Shown piece by piece: positions 25,500-38,121 of a DNA stretch of 64,000 nt. Numbering within the stretch: position 1 is the first letter of the stretch; the number at the start of each line of letters is the position of its first letter. Source of the DNA: Camelus ferus (Eukaryota); NCBI RefSeq assembly GCF_009834535.1, contig NC_045697.1:35466001-35530000 (forward strand), written 5' to 3'. Below the pieces are notes generated by a model. It saw only the letters and a program-made list of their open reading frames with translations. It had not been told where the DNA came from and made no database searches. The translations under genes and the position numbers were made by a program.

Positions 25500-28400
25500 C
25501 ACAAGGCTGTCACTGATCAACAGAGAAGTTAAACAAGTTCTAGCAGCTCCATGTTCCTGTGGTCAGGGAATATCCACTTCTCCCTCCTTTCTTGAATTTG
25601 GAGTATTCTCAGGATCAAGGGGAGGAAGGAGATGCTGATGGAATGAAGGACTGAAGGAAGCAGGAGGGACTGTAAGGCACAGGAAGAGGTCTAGGGGAGG
25701 GACCAGTTTTCCCCTGAGAGAAGCAGAAGCCAGAAGATATTTGTAACTGGGTAGGAGGTAGTTAAGGGTTCTCCCCTTATGACCTTGATTTTCTTGAGAC
25801 TGATTCAAAGATTTCTGCTGAGAGAGAGGGAAAGAAAAGGTGGGAGGTTCAAGGAGAGGTGAAAGTTTGGAACAGCCCCTGAGGAGAATGGGAACAGATG
25901 ATTAAGGAATAGATCTCATTGCCCTGAGAGAAATAAAACATAAAAATAAGACCTGGCTACGTAACTGTGGCACAGTCAGAAGTGATGGATCCAGGACCTC
26001 AACATTAGATTCAGGTGATGTGGCTGGCCAGCTCCAGCCCCAGCCTAAATTGGTATAAAAAGCAGGATTTGAGCTTTGGGCTCGTCTCCCTCTGCCAACT
26101 GCTGAGACCACCCACCTCCAGACGTGCCTTTTGAGAACTAAGGGAGACCTAGTAAAGCCATGTCCCCTGGCTTGACTTATCACATATCTTTGAATGCTTG
26201 CATGTACTTTGCATTGTTTTCTAGGTGAAGGGGTGGCGAACCAAAGTGGAAGTTTCCCTAGCTGAGCTGAGCTGCCATTCCTTCCAGTCTTCACACCCAG
26301 ACCAGCCCTGTGGTCAGCCCTGTCCCTGTCGAATGATCAACAGACTTGGGCACAATGATCTCATGTGTAAGAACGTAGCAGGGAAAGACCAAGGCAAGCA
26401 TGAGAAACTTCCTAAATTACTGGAGTGGGGTCGTCCAGCCAGTGGCTTTCTGTGGCTTTTGAGCTGCAGGCACCATGGAGGGTGCCATCTGTGTGATTAT
26501 CTCGGGGCATTGGAGGGGATCAGCTGGTGGATTAAAAAGGGAAGGTGTGGCAAAGAGGCGTGTTGTGCCTCAGAATTACGACACCAGGAATACCAGATTA
26601 GTCCTGACTAATTTAGAACAAACATCAGAGGAGGTCAAATTTTTCCAAGATAGAGAGTGAGATATTAAGGTAGAAGGACAATTAATGATCACTTAGGTAA
26701 AGAGGATTCACCCAGGGATGTTCCAGTGGGTCATTGCCTGCCTGGCATATAGGAGATCTTGAAGGGTGTTCTGGAGGATGGAAGTATAGACCAAGAATAG
26801 AATCTAACTAGGCAGGAGACACTCCAGTGGGGAGCAATCTAAAAAGGGAACTGATGGTGAGTGGGAGGAAACTGAAGAATGGGTCTGGTGGCCTTACCCC
26901 AGGACTATGACACCATCATTGGCATGTCAGCATATTTAATAGAGAAAAGAGGAAGCAGAGGTTGACCTTGTTCATCATTATCCAACCCTACACTATCCAA
27001 ACAGCTCATCCAGCTGGTCTCCAAAGCTTGGACCCAAGTGATCCTAATATCAGGTCCATCAGAAAACTATACCTCTCTCAAGGTGTTAGAAAAGTGGAGG
27101 GGTTGGAAAACCTTTTCTGAGGGTTTTTTTCAATATGAGAAGTCAAATGATAGCTGGGTAACCCCCATCACTTTCAAAATGTGTATCCTATTTGGTGAGA
27201 AAGCTGAAAAGATACATTGCATAAGAGCCAGATTGTCTGGGACCCACTGGGTCGTTGTGATTGTGGGAGACCAGCCAGCATGCACTGTGGACATATTAGG
27301 AAACAAGGGGAGGGGTGACAGTCTCTTCTCTTCTGTGAAGACCCATGTCATAATGGTGGATAGGACTGACTCAAAACTTCTCCCTTTACCCCAACTCTCC
27401 CATTAGTTTAATGCTTTGTCATTACCCATATGCCAGGCAGAGTGGAGTAAATCACAGCCCTCATCAAAAACAAAAGTGGTGGTTGGGGTAGAGGAGGATG
27501 TATATATCATGCTAGATAACACTTTTCCTTATTCATGAGTTGCTCAGCCTCAACTGGGGGTCTCTTTTCGAGACAATGGGGCAAGAGCATAGAGTGTACC
27601 CTATTGGCTTATGTTTTTGAAAAGCTCTTGAGAAAAACCATCAGGTGCAACAGCTAATGTAAAAGTTAGCTGTAAGATCTTTCATACTATGGAGGGACCA
27701 AAGGTCCTGGGAAGTAAGACTAATTTATTCTAAAATGAGAACATTCTTGGGAAGTATGTGGATAACGTGTGAACTTGGGCTTCCTACAGTGGCTAAGGTG
27801 TCCTGGACAACCTCCTGCTCATCCAGGGAGATAAGCCTCGTACTCGAGACACATCTTTTTCCCTTCTGGCCATTGTCAATTCTGAAAGTGAAAGCAGAGG
27901 TTGAGGGACTCAGAAGACCTTTTCAAGGTCTCACTGGGATGGGGGTGACAACATTAGAGTTCAGAGTCTGCCAAGGAGGATGGGCTCTGGTAAACCCCCA
28001 GACTTCTGGTCAGGACCCTGAGAAGTGACGGGGTCTGTGAGTAAGAATGAGCTTGAAGTAGACTAGTACTCACAGGATTAAAGCTCAATTCCAAATCAGT
28101 TCAGTCCCTCAGGGGATTAGGGTAATTGCCTGAGTCTAACTGCCTGACGGAACTAGAATTAAATTATCTCTGGAAATATATATCATCTGTGAGTGATATG
28201 CTTCATGAAGTAAAATTCTATTCAAATTCTATTCACTCATGAAAAAAAAAGAATTCAAATTTAAAGCAAAGAGATGTGATTTACCTTAAGCTAACAGACG
28301 AAGAAAATAACACAAAATCTAGTGATGCTGACATGAATGTTTTCCTACAAGGTATGAGAATCTTTGGTTTCTGCTGAGTCTTACTTCTAAGCATGATCTT

Positions 28401-28860
28401 GCTGTCTTTTTTGAACATGTGAGATCACACATCTCCAGCCATGGCAGAGTGGACCTGGGGTACACACCTGTCCTGACAGGTACCTATCCACAGACTTGGC
28501 TGAGTCTTTCATAGTCTCTTCCTCAGGAATTTGAACTAAGATATATGGAAATAGGAGGAAATAGGTGAATATAGGTGAGTATGAGATCTATAATGTCACA
28601 CAGATTTGGTGTAAGTTGACATCTTACATCGTTTACATGTCAGCAAGTCAGAAGTAAAAGCTGATGAGCAGAGAGTAGCAATAAGAAGCAGATATGAGAT
28701 GTGTAGTTCCCAGAGAGATGGATGGGGCAGTTTTGGTCCCCACAGTTCCAGGTCCACAAACCATTTTCCCAGCTCTTTGTTCTGCCTTTTGATGTCCATT
28801 TTTGGATATCTATAAGACTATTGAAGCCTTGAAATAAAACTTTCTTTTATTAGTTAAAAA
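25500..28860 (+). mobile_element. Highly decayed ERVL-class internal sequence with LTR16-like end (~28400-28860)
   Basis: LTR16-like text (gagtcttt...cttcctcaggaatttgaactaaga ... aaataaaacttt) follows purine-rich, retrovirus-like decayed sequence. No intact ORF. Confidence 0.4.
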
Positions 28861-31260
28861 ATAGTATACAGAACCTCATGCTATATCTAAATTTCTTGTA
28901 CATAGTGTTAGCAATCATTAAAAAAAAAAAAAACAGGCCTACAAAATGACAAGTTTTTTTTAAGGGGAAGAAAATCAATAGAAAAAAAACTCACAGGAAA
29001 TTCAGATATTAGGGTTATCTGACATGGAATCTAAACAACTATAAATGAATATTTATGACACAGAATTTCAACAGAGAACTGGAAACTATAAAAAAGAATC
29101 AAAAGGAAACTCTAGAACTGGCAAACTCAATTAGATGAAATTAACAACTCAGAGGATTGGATTTAACAGAAGATTAATCACTACATAGAATTAGTGACTG
29201 GAAGATACGGCAGAAAAAATTGAAAGCACAGAGAAACTTTGAAAAAATGCAGAAAATATAGAGACAAGTCAAGAGATTTATGGCACAGTAAGAAGGTCTA
29301 AAATACACATAATTTAAGTCCTGGAAAAAGAGGAGAGAGAAAGTTTAAAGAACATTATTTAAAGAAATAATGTTCAAGAACTTCCCAAAACTAATGAAAG
29401 GCAACAAGCCCCAACTAAAGAGTTCACGAACACCCAAGCAGGACAAATAGAAAGAAACCAAACGAGTAAAACATACAAATAAAACTTCTGAAAAAACAAA
29501 GACAGAAAATCTTAAAAAGCAACCACACCTACGGGTAGCAGCTATAAATTACTACAGAGAAATTAAAAATAAACGACAACCAAAAGGCACTGGAGAGTAA
29601 GCAGAAATAGGCGGAGCCTGAAGGGAAACTGACACCTGGGTTAAGATAGTGGCACAGAAAAAGTTATCAATTTATTATAGCATTTAACCTAGGGTATGCC
29701 CCAGTCTGTACCACATGGGGTGAGTAAAACTTTGATAGAAACCCTGCAGGAGTCTTCCAAATAACCAGAGGACAGACTTCAGGGCAATGACGACCCCTGG
29801 AAAGTGAGGGAGGAATCCCAGAAACTGAGCCAGAGAGAAGGCTCTAATTCTAAGTCTAAACTCTCCCTAACTCTTCAACAAATCCCTGAACCATGCGTGC
29901 ACAGGGCAGTCTGCAAGATAAAACTGCTGAAATGAATTTTGAGTTGCCACACAGTCAACAGAGTGCCATTTGAATGGAAGCAAGTTAATCAACAATTTTT
30001 GGAGGCACTTAACAGAACTCAGAGTTTCCACAACAAAACTGTCACAATATCCAGGACACAACCCCAAATTACTTATGAATAATCAGGAAAATATAACTGA
30101 ATCTCAAAAGAAAAGACTATAAGCAGAGACTGGTCCTGAGATGATCCGGATTAGAATTAGTAGGCCAGAAATTTAAATTGGATACTATAACTCACTCAAC
30201 ATAAAACAAAATATGATCATAATAAGGGAAAGGATAAGAAGTCTTTGAGAAATTGGAGTATCTTATAAATATGACCAAATGGGAATTCCAGGACTAACAA
30301 ATACAATACCAAAATAAAAAGTTCACAGGAAAAAGATTCAATATAAATGATGCTAAATCAATGGACATTAATCCAATATGAAGAACAAGGGGGAAAAGAT
30401 TGAAAAACAAATAGAAGCTCAGGCATCTACAGGACAATGGCAAAGATTTCACCTACATATAACGAGTTTCAGAAGTGAAGAAGAGGAAGAACGAGGGGAA
30501 AATAATAGAACTCAAGGCTAGAATTTCCCCAAATTTGGTGAAACACATACTTATATAGATTTGAGAAGCTCAGGAAACCCAAAATAAGATAAATATGAAT
30601 AAAACCACGTCTAGGCACATCACAGCCAAACTGCCGAAAACCAAAGATAAAGAAAAAATTACAAAAGCACCCAGGGTAAAAGACAATCTGTTATCTATAT
30701 GGGAACAGCCACTTCAGTAACCACCGCTTCTCAAACACCACGCGCTTGAACACAAACCTTTGATGTGCTAAAACTGAAAATGAGCTTGTTAACCCAGAAT
30801 TTTTACATCCAGTGAAAATATCCTTCAAGAATAAAGACAAAATAAAGACAATTTTAGATAACTGAAAAATCAAGAGAATATATTCCGAGCAGTTTTGCAG
30901 TACAAGAAATGTTCAAGGAAATTCTTCAGGCTGAATTGAAATCTTATTAGCTACAAATAGTTAAGAATATAGGACAAGTTAATAAAAGGGAGGCAATGGA
31001 GTAAGCCAAAATAATTAAAATGAGAATAAGAGATATAAAATGAACACCAAACATGTAATGCAAGTATAATACAAATAGTAAGATGGTACATGTAAATCCA
31101 GATATATCAATAATTAGAGTCATCGCAAATGGCTGAATTACCCCACTTAAAAGACAAGGATCTTCAGGACAACAACAACAATATAGGCTGCCTGTGAAAG
31201 ACAAATCTTTAAAAATAGCAAAATATTTAAATGATAGGGTAGATAACACAGGTCACTGCA

Positions 31261-31408
31261 GGGGGGAGGGTTTAGCTCAGTGGTAGAGCGTGTGCTTAGC
31301 ATGCACGAGATCCTGGGTTCAATCCCCAGTACCTCCTTAAAATAAGTAAATAAACAAACCTAACCACCTCCCCCCCAAAAAAACCAACCAAAAAACAAAA
31401 CCAAAAAG
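31261..31408 (+). mobile_element. tRNA(Ala)-derived SINE (camelid Vic-1-like)
   Basis: A box tagctcagtgg, B box ggttcaatccc, A-rich tail. TSD acaggtcactgca (31248-31260) / ataggtcactgta (31409-31421). Confidence 0.9.
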
Positions 31409-32157
31409 ATAGGTCACTGTAAACATTAACAAAGAAAAGGCCGGTAAAGCAATTCTAACATGAAACAAAGTAGATTTCCAGGTAATTAAAGATAAGGAGG
31501 GACATTTCTAAACGGTAAAATGTTCAGTCCATCAAGAAAATACGACAGTTCTAAGGTTTTATCACATCTCTCTCACTGACAGAACAAGCAGACAAAATAG
31601 ATATTAAGGATATTCAGTGTTTGAAAAACACAACAATCAACCTTGACTTAATTGACTTACATAGCACACTGCTTTCAACAACGTCAGAACAGGCAATTTT
31701 TTCAAGTGTACACAAAACAATACCCAAACCATATACTGGTTCAAAAAGCAAATCTCAACAGATGTCTAATAAGGTACCTGTGTGTTCTGCTTAATAAGTG
31801 AATAACAGAAAAATCTTCCTACAAAACAAAATGAAGGAAAACTTCAAGCCTGGATGACCCCACCAGTGAATTCTTCCAAACATTTAAGGAAAAGATAACA
31901 TTAACCTTTTGAATCTTGTTTTAGAACGTCAGTATAAGTGTAACCTAAGAACACTACTGGGAAGAATACTGTTGGTCAATTTTTGTGGCACATGTGCCAA
32001 ATCTTAAACAAAATACTAACTTGAATTTGATAAGATTATCAAATTGGGTTTATTCCAGGAGTGAAAAGTTAAACTTCTGAAAAATCAATCCAGTCTATTG
32101 TATTTACAATATAAAAGGAAAAATCATAGTCATCTTAATAGTTTAAAAAAAGATTTC

Positions 32158-32318
32158 ACAAGGACCTACTGTATAGCACAGGGAACTATATTCAGTATCT
32201 TGTAATAACCTGTAATGGAAAAGAATCTGAAAAAGAATAGCTAATGTATAACTGAATCACTTTGTTGAAACTAACACATCATTGTAAATCAACTATACTT
32301 CAATAGAAAATAAATTTT
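32158..32318 (+). mobile_element. 5'-truncated L1 3' end (L1_Art-like stub)
   Basis: aaggacctactgtatagcacagggaactatattcagtatcttgtaataacc...gtaaatcaactatacttcaat; TSD aaaaagatttc at 32147-32157 and 32319-32329. Confidence 0.85.
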
Positions 32319-32870
32319 AAAAAGATTTCTCACAAGCATCTGAGATTCATTAATTAAGCATCTGATGGTTTATACAATTAATCATCTGAGAAATACAAAT
32401 TAGAATCCCAGTGAGAGAATTTTACTCAAACTCTAGAGTGACTGAAATGAAAAATAAAATAACTGGCAATACCCAGTTTTAGTGAGGATACGGAACAACC
32501 GAAATTCTTATCCATGGCTGAGTCAGTACACTGTGGTACAAATACCACGGAAAATCATTTACTTTTATCTACTAAGTTTGAATGTACACATTCCCTGTGA
32601 TTCATCATTTCCGCCCAGCTATATACTCATCAGAAACACTCACATATGTGTGCCAAATGACGCTGAAACAAAAATTCAGAGTAAAACATGCCTCCATGCA
32701 ACAGCATAGGTGATCATTACAATTCTAACACTAAATGAATGAAACAAGACGTAAGTCACTGTCTGTAATTCCCCTTACATGAGGTTCAAAACCAAAACCA
32801 GAATTTGTAGCGTTAGAAGTCAGGACAGTGGTTACCTGTGAGGAAGAGGGAAAGATTCATCATTTGGAGA

Positions 32871-33302
32871 CGTTATCAACGCAAGTTCGTGTGCCCAACG
32901 CAGAGTGAGGCCAGACAAACTGAAACGTCGGAGTTTGGAGCAGAGAAAGTTTTATTGCTGGGCCAAACGAAGAGAACGTGTGGCACATGCCCCCCAAAAA
33001 ACCCCAGACTCCCGGAAGGGTTTCAGCTGAGCATCTTTAAAGGTCAGCTGAGGGAGGGACGTGCATCATTCTCTGATTGGTTGATGGATTGCGGTTGATG
33101 GTGATCAATCCTTAGGCACCAGAAGGTCTGGGGGCTACATCCTCATGATCATCAAGTGGTTAATTTCTTCCATTTGGTGGTGGTTTTTAGTATCTGAAAA
33201 GCACAGGAACTATGCATGAGATACTATTATCTGGGTACTTCAGAGAGGAGCTGCAGCAGAGGATACGGGGGAGGAGTTTGTCCCAGGTCCTGCTGGGTTT
33301 CG
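32871..33302 (-). mobile_element. ERV1-class LTR with adjacent polypurine tract (3' LTR); internal remnant extends to about 34300
   Basis: Minus-strand PPT agaaaagtggggaat (33303-33317) abuts the LTR start, and there is a minus-strand AATAAA near 32952. Text resembles recalled cetartiodactyl ERV1 LTRs. Confidence 0.7.
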
Positions 33303-34764
33303 ATTCCCCACTTTTCTTTGCTATTCCTCAATCTTGAGCAGAACAGGTGTTGGACAAGAAGGAGGATGATGTTTTGGATAGAGAGGTTAATCATAAACTT
33401 GGCAGGGGAACTTGGTTTCAATCTCCAATCCTATTTCACCCCTCCCAATATCTTTCAGGGAACGGGGTGACAACCACTCTGGCTGCTTCCTACTGAAACA
33501 GGCCATAGTCCTACCTCAACTTGGGGAATGGACACCGAGTCAGAAATAGTCCAAGTCCTGGATCAGAGTCTCATATGATTAAGATCTCATTCCCTGAGGA
33601 ATTCAGGAGAGTAAGCCTGAAAATCAGTCTGTACCTGGCACTCTGGGGGAGACTTATAGCCAGGTAGCCAGTTGTCCACTTTTATCCAAGTAGGTTTTAA
33701 CTTTTGATGTGGTATTAAACATATACATAACAGGAGCTGATGGCTACTGCATGTTTCCTTTTTCTGCTAACATAGGAACTAAAGCAACTTTATTGTTTAA
33801 AAATTTAATAGCTACAAGAGGAGGCCTTGAGGTCATAAGGTTGCAGCTGCCATCAGCCAGCAGACGCTGCTTTCAGAATGGCTGGTGGTGTTCTGAGGAT
33901 GACACGGCTCATGAAATTCGAGTTCTCAGCAATACAGGAATGTGCTTGATATCACGTCCAAAATGGCCACCTACTTTTCCCTTGGATGTCTGAACCACAG
34001 CTACCCCATTTTGACTTCTGAATGCATTCTCCTTCTCTAGGCCAAAGCAGATGTACAATGCATGTCCAAAAGACCACAAAACAGGCCACTTTGGTCAGTA
34101 AAGTTTAAGTTAAACCATGTATGAGCCAGAGTGACTTCCCCACAACTCAATATGTGCAGGTTTTTCCATCATTTCCCCTTTTGATTGTAAATCTTTCAGC
34201 AGAAAGCACTTAATGATCAAAATCTTTGTCCCTTGAAGCTGGGGTGGTGCTCCTGCCCCAGGTTTAGATCATGTCCCGCAGTGCTGGGCCTCCTTTATAT
34301 TTGCCTAGATACTCACGTTGGGGGAAAATGAATCACAGTGTATGTGGTACGTGAAGCATCCAATTAGATTCCCTAGGCCCTCACAGTGGGGCCACAGAGC
34401 AGCCAGGAACCTCAAAGACCAGAAGATGATACGATTGAGGAAAGTCCTTTATGAGGCAGAGGCTTTGAAGAGGCTCAGCTAACAAACATCCTGCAGGGAC
34501 TCTCCAGCTCTGCTGACTGGGAGTCGCGAGCCAGCCATTCAGGTGTGGAAAGTCTGCCGCTGAAGTGATAGCTCGGAGTGTCTGGGGACTGCTTTCTATG
34601 ACCCAGGCCCCACTCTGCAGGCAGTGATTTGCTTAGTCCTCACTGTAACTTTATTATTCTCATTAAACACGTGAACATATCAGAGGCACACTGGGTAACG
34701 ATTTTCCACTTAAGAGTAAAGAGGCAGGATTTGAACCCAGATGATCTGGCCTCTTTTCTTAAGA

Positions 34765-34912
34765 AACTTTACTGTTATTATTATTATTTTTTTTTGGTAG
34801 GGGGGTAAGTAATTAGGTTTACTTACTTTCTTTTACAGGAGGTACTGGGGATTGAACCCAGGACCTCATGCATGCTAAGCATGTGCTCTACCCCTGAGCT
34901 GTACCCTCCCTG
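34765..34912 (-). mobile_element. tRNA-derived SINE (Vic-1-like), inserted in a MIR
   Basis: Reverse complement reads gggagggtacagctcaggggtagagcacatgcttagcatgcatgaggtcctgggttcaatccccagtacctcc plus an A-rich tail. Confidence 0.9.
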
Positions 34913-35570
34913 CAAAGAGCCCTTCCTCCTAATTTCCATCCACGCAGCTCCTCCAGGCTAATCAGCAGATTTACAAGCTGCTCTCACACACATCCTCAGT
35001 AATGGGATGGAGGGAACACAATTTTTTTATGTGCTGGAAGAATGTTTTTCCTGCCCAAAGAAAATACTAAATTTTTTTCTCCGTTGGCTGTGGTTAGGAG
35101 CTCATCTGCATGGAAAACCCTTGCTTTGGCAGCTTTGCAAGAGAAAACTCTTCCTCCCGCCTAGTAAAGGGGGAGGCTTGGAATTCGGGGAGGCTGCTGA
35201 CCAACTAGAAACTTCTGACCTCAGGAGAACTTGGCTGTGCTCTCTCCCCATCTCCAGAAGCAGTAGGAACCCTTTCTTTGCAAAGCCCTGTTCTGTTCAG
35301 GACCCTGTCAGGTTCAACCCCTAATTCTTCAGGAAGAGGGGAGATTATAGACTATGTATCATTTTGTAACATCAGACTTTCCTCAGTGGGTCACCGTTCA
35401 GTTTTTTGTTTCTTTGTTTTTTTTTTGTTTTGGTCAGAGCTTCTGGTTTTTATTTATCTCTTTATTTGAAGATACATGAAATTTTTATGAATTTGGTTTT
35501 TGTTGCTCTGATAAGCAACTGGGCCAGTGTGGGAACCAGCAATCCAGATTTTGACACTTTCCTGCCTCCT

Positions 35571-35625
35571 TTAAGCTGGTAAGAACATTTGCATTTCCAG
35601 AGTTTCACCTTTTGGCTTGATCTGA
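35571..35625. repeat. Left arm of a degenerate 55-56 bp inverted repeat (partner 36846-36901)
   Basis: Manual alignment gives 47 of 56 positions identical to the reverse complement of 36846-36901. Confidence 0.8.
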
Positions 35626-36128
35626 CTTCATCTTAGAGTAACTAAAAGCTAGTTATTTCTTCAAATGAAGTTCTAAGCAACTAAGTGTCTAAGGAATTCA
35701 CTCACAGCTAAAATATTACACATGGTATCCTTATGACTCCTTTCTTTCTATAAATGTATTTCTGGAAGTGCTTGATTAAAGAAAGTGACTTAAGAGAAGA
35801 CAAGGAAACCCTGACATGGCTCAGATTGCGTAGGGGTGCTGGGCTGTCTGGGAACTCTGATTCCAACCCAGGTAACTGTTGGGTGTCAGGAGATGGCAAA
35901 GTGCTTACTGGAATGAAGCTTGACTGAAGCCAGTGTGGATTGTAACTGCTGCCACGTTTCTACTTGTCCGGGCAGCAACCTCAACATGTGAGACCTACTA
36001 GCATGGCTCATCTCACCCAACTTAATTATATGAATACTAATTTTAAGATGCTCTTGGATGCGGACTTGGTGCCAAGAGCAACTCAAGTTTTTTGTTATTC
36101 TAATAGGTTATGAGAGGCATAGACTGAC

Positions 36129-36524
36129 AAGAGAAGGAGGAGGAAGGAAGGAAGGAGGAAGGACGAAGGAAGGAAGGAAGGAAGGAAGGAAGAAAGAAAG
36201 AAAGAAAGAAAGAAAAGAAGAAGAAAGAAAGAAAGAAATAAAAGAAATAAGAAAGAAAGAAGAAAGAAAAAGAAAAGAAACGAAAAGACTCCTGAAAGGG
36301 AAAAGAAGAAAGAAGGAAGGAAGAGTCAAGCCCTTCCGGAATGAAGAGAACGAGAATACGACCCTCCCCCGAACCGCCTCCCCCCCTAAAAAACAACTCC
36401 CCCCAAGAGAAAGAAAGGAAGGAAGAAAGAAAGAAGGAAAGAAAAGAAAGAAAGAGGAAGGGAAGGGAAGGCAAGGAAGGCAAAGGCAAAGGCAAAGAAA
36501 AAGGAAAAGAAAAAGAAAAAGAAA
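36129..36524 (+). repeat. Compound purine-rich simple repeat (GGAA/GAAA/GAAAAA), interrupted
   Basis: Visible directly; explains the spurious K/E/R-rich and F/L/S-rich ORFs here. Confidence 0.95.
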
Positions 36525-36845
36525 TGCCAAGATCACAATGAGCCAGCCCTTCTCAGACTTCTACTTTCTGTTTCTTGGATAGGCGCTGATACCAGTGTTC
36601 TCCGTGGGACAGATATGGATTCTGTTGTTTTGATGATGTGTCTCCAAATCTCAGCAGCAACCAACAACATACAACTGGGATGCTTTGCTTATTGCTCGTG
36701 ACAGTGGTAAGATGTTGTGTCCCTGCCCTAAGCTCATAATAATATTTTTGTTAAAATAACAAATGAGTGTGGTTATGAATTATATAATTCAGAGAGGATG
36801 TCAATGAAAACCAACAGTCACCTGCATCGCGTATTCATTCCCAGC

Positions 36846-36901
36846 TCAGTTCAAGCTAAAATGTGAAACTTTGGAAATGCAAAATTTTCTTAACAAATTA
36901 A
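36846..36901. repeat. Right arm of the degenerate inverted repeat (partner 35571-35625)
   Basis: tcagttcaagctaaaatgtgaaactttggaaatgcaaaattttcttaacaaattaa. Confidence 0.8.
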
Positions 36902-37302
36902 TATACTTAATGTACAAGAGTTTTCTCTTGCTGTTTGATGGTTTGTTCTCCAATTTCTCTGTTTACTACTGAGTCGTGTCATTCAGTTGGCTTTTCATCT
37001 CTTTCTCTTTAATGTTTTAGGCCTTAATCAAGTACCTGATGATCTGCCAGAAAATCTGCAAATCCACAACTTTTCTTGAACCTATTGGAGAGCTGAGGTT
37101 GCAGGTCAACCAACTAACTTGAAATCTAAGGAAAGACAGGCACCTCCGAGAAGGAATGAGCCATGGGCACTGCTTCTAGATGCATACAAGTTAGTAAGAA
37201 GAATCCAGCTAAGATTTTTAATAAATTGCTAACTGCTGAACGTGACCAGCAGAAGAATAGAAAACCTCTCGGAGCGACAGAATCTACACCAACTTGCAGG
37301 TT

Positions 37303-38121
37303 CTTCACTGGTGCTCACCAGGGGTTCACAGAAAGCCTGGGGACAGGGTGGGGAGCATGGTTTGTGTCCTGGCCAAGGAACACTGAGTTTAGGGAGTTAC
37401 CTCTTTGTAGCAAGCCTGCTCTTTGTCTTCGGGGAGATGCCACCTCATCCCTCAGGCTGCCCCCTGCACACACAACCCTGAGAAGTGGCCCAGGAAGGGT
37501 GAGAGCTCGCATTCTCAGCACACCCAGTAGGAACTTGCAGGGACCCACATGGCAGATCACCTCTCCCAGCAAGGTCAAGAACCAGTCTCAGAGGACCTGG
37601 CCCAGAGCCTTTCCACCGAGTAGGAAGAGCCCTTTCCTGCCCACCAGGTCTAGACCACGGGCTGCTCGCTGAGCACAGGAGGATGTGAGACAGTGGAAGT
37701 AAAAGGTCAGACCTGCCCCTCTGGCCTTGAGGGATTGTAGGAGGTGAAGAGAGAGGAAGCAGGAGGGAGAGAGATGAGGAGGGAGGGCCTGGGTGAGAGG
37801 AGACCAGGAGAATGCTGAGGGCGTCAGGCGGGACTCTGGGAGGGGGTCGCCTCAGACGATATCCCCCTGCACCGACCTGGGGCCACCAGAGCCAAGCTGC
37901 TCAGCCTCAGCGAGGCCAGGAGATGGGGGCTGGAAGTTAGCTTTCCAGAGCTGCTCTCTGTCCCACTGTGGTGCGGCTCAGACCCAGGCAACCCCTAAAT
38001 GACCCAGAAGGGGGTGCACTGGACCTAACTTAGGTGCCTCCGGGGATTCCTTTGGCCCTGTGCTCCTGGGCCCAGTTCTGGGGCTGCTGCCAGCCGGGCT
38101 GGACCCTTCCCATCCTCTGCC
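37303..38121 (+). repeat. Inverted duplication, arm 1 (819 bp)
   Basis: Near-identical to the reverse complement of 47095-47890; ORF translations are mirrored (e.g. 37793+ vs 47413-). Confidence 0.97.

Larger units (their letters stand above)
28880..32870 (+). mobile_element. Ancient L1 relic (ORF1, ORF2 and 3' fragments) with nested younger insertions
   Basis: A-rich L1-like text: gaatttccccaaatttggtgaaa, aaaaccacgtctaggcacatcacagccaaactg, ttgggtttattccaggagtgaaa. Confidence 0.75.

Noticed and set aside
31261..31335. tRNA-Ala-like gene (also at 34840, 41065 and 62640)
   Set aside because: A-rich tails and TSDs show these are SINE heads, not tRNA genes
35402..35470. T-run with minus-strand AATAAA nearby, suggesting a retrocopy 3' end
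   Set aside because: No TSD, ORF or parent gene identifiable; compatible with simple low-complexity sequence
36058..36582. 174-aa K/E/R-rich ORF and antisense F/L/S-rich ORFs
   Set aside because: Translation of the purine simple repeat
37163..37672. 169-aa ORF crossing into inverted-repeat arm 1
   Set aside because: No domain recognised; the other arm has a 13-bp frameshifting indel, so there is no sign of coding constraint
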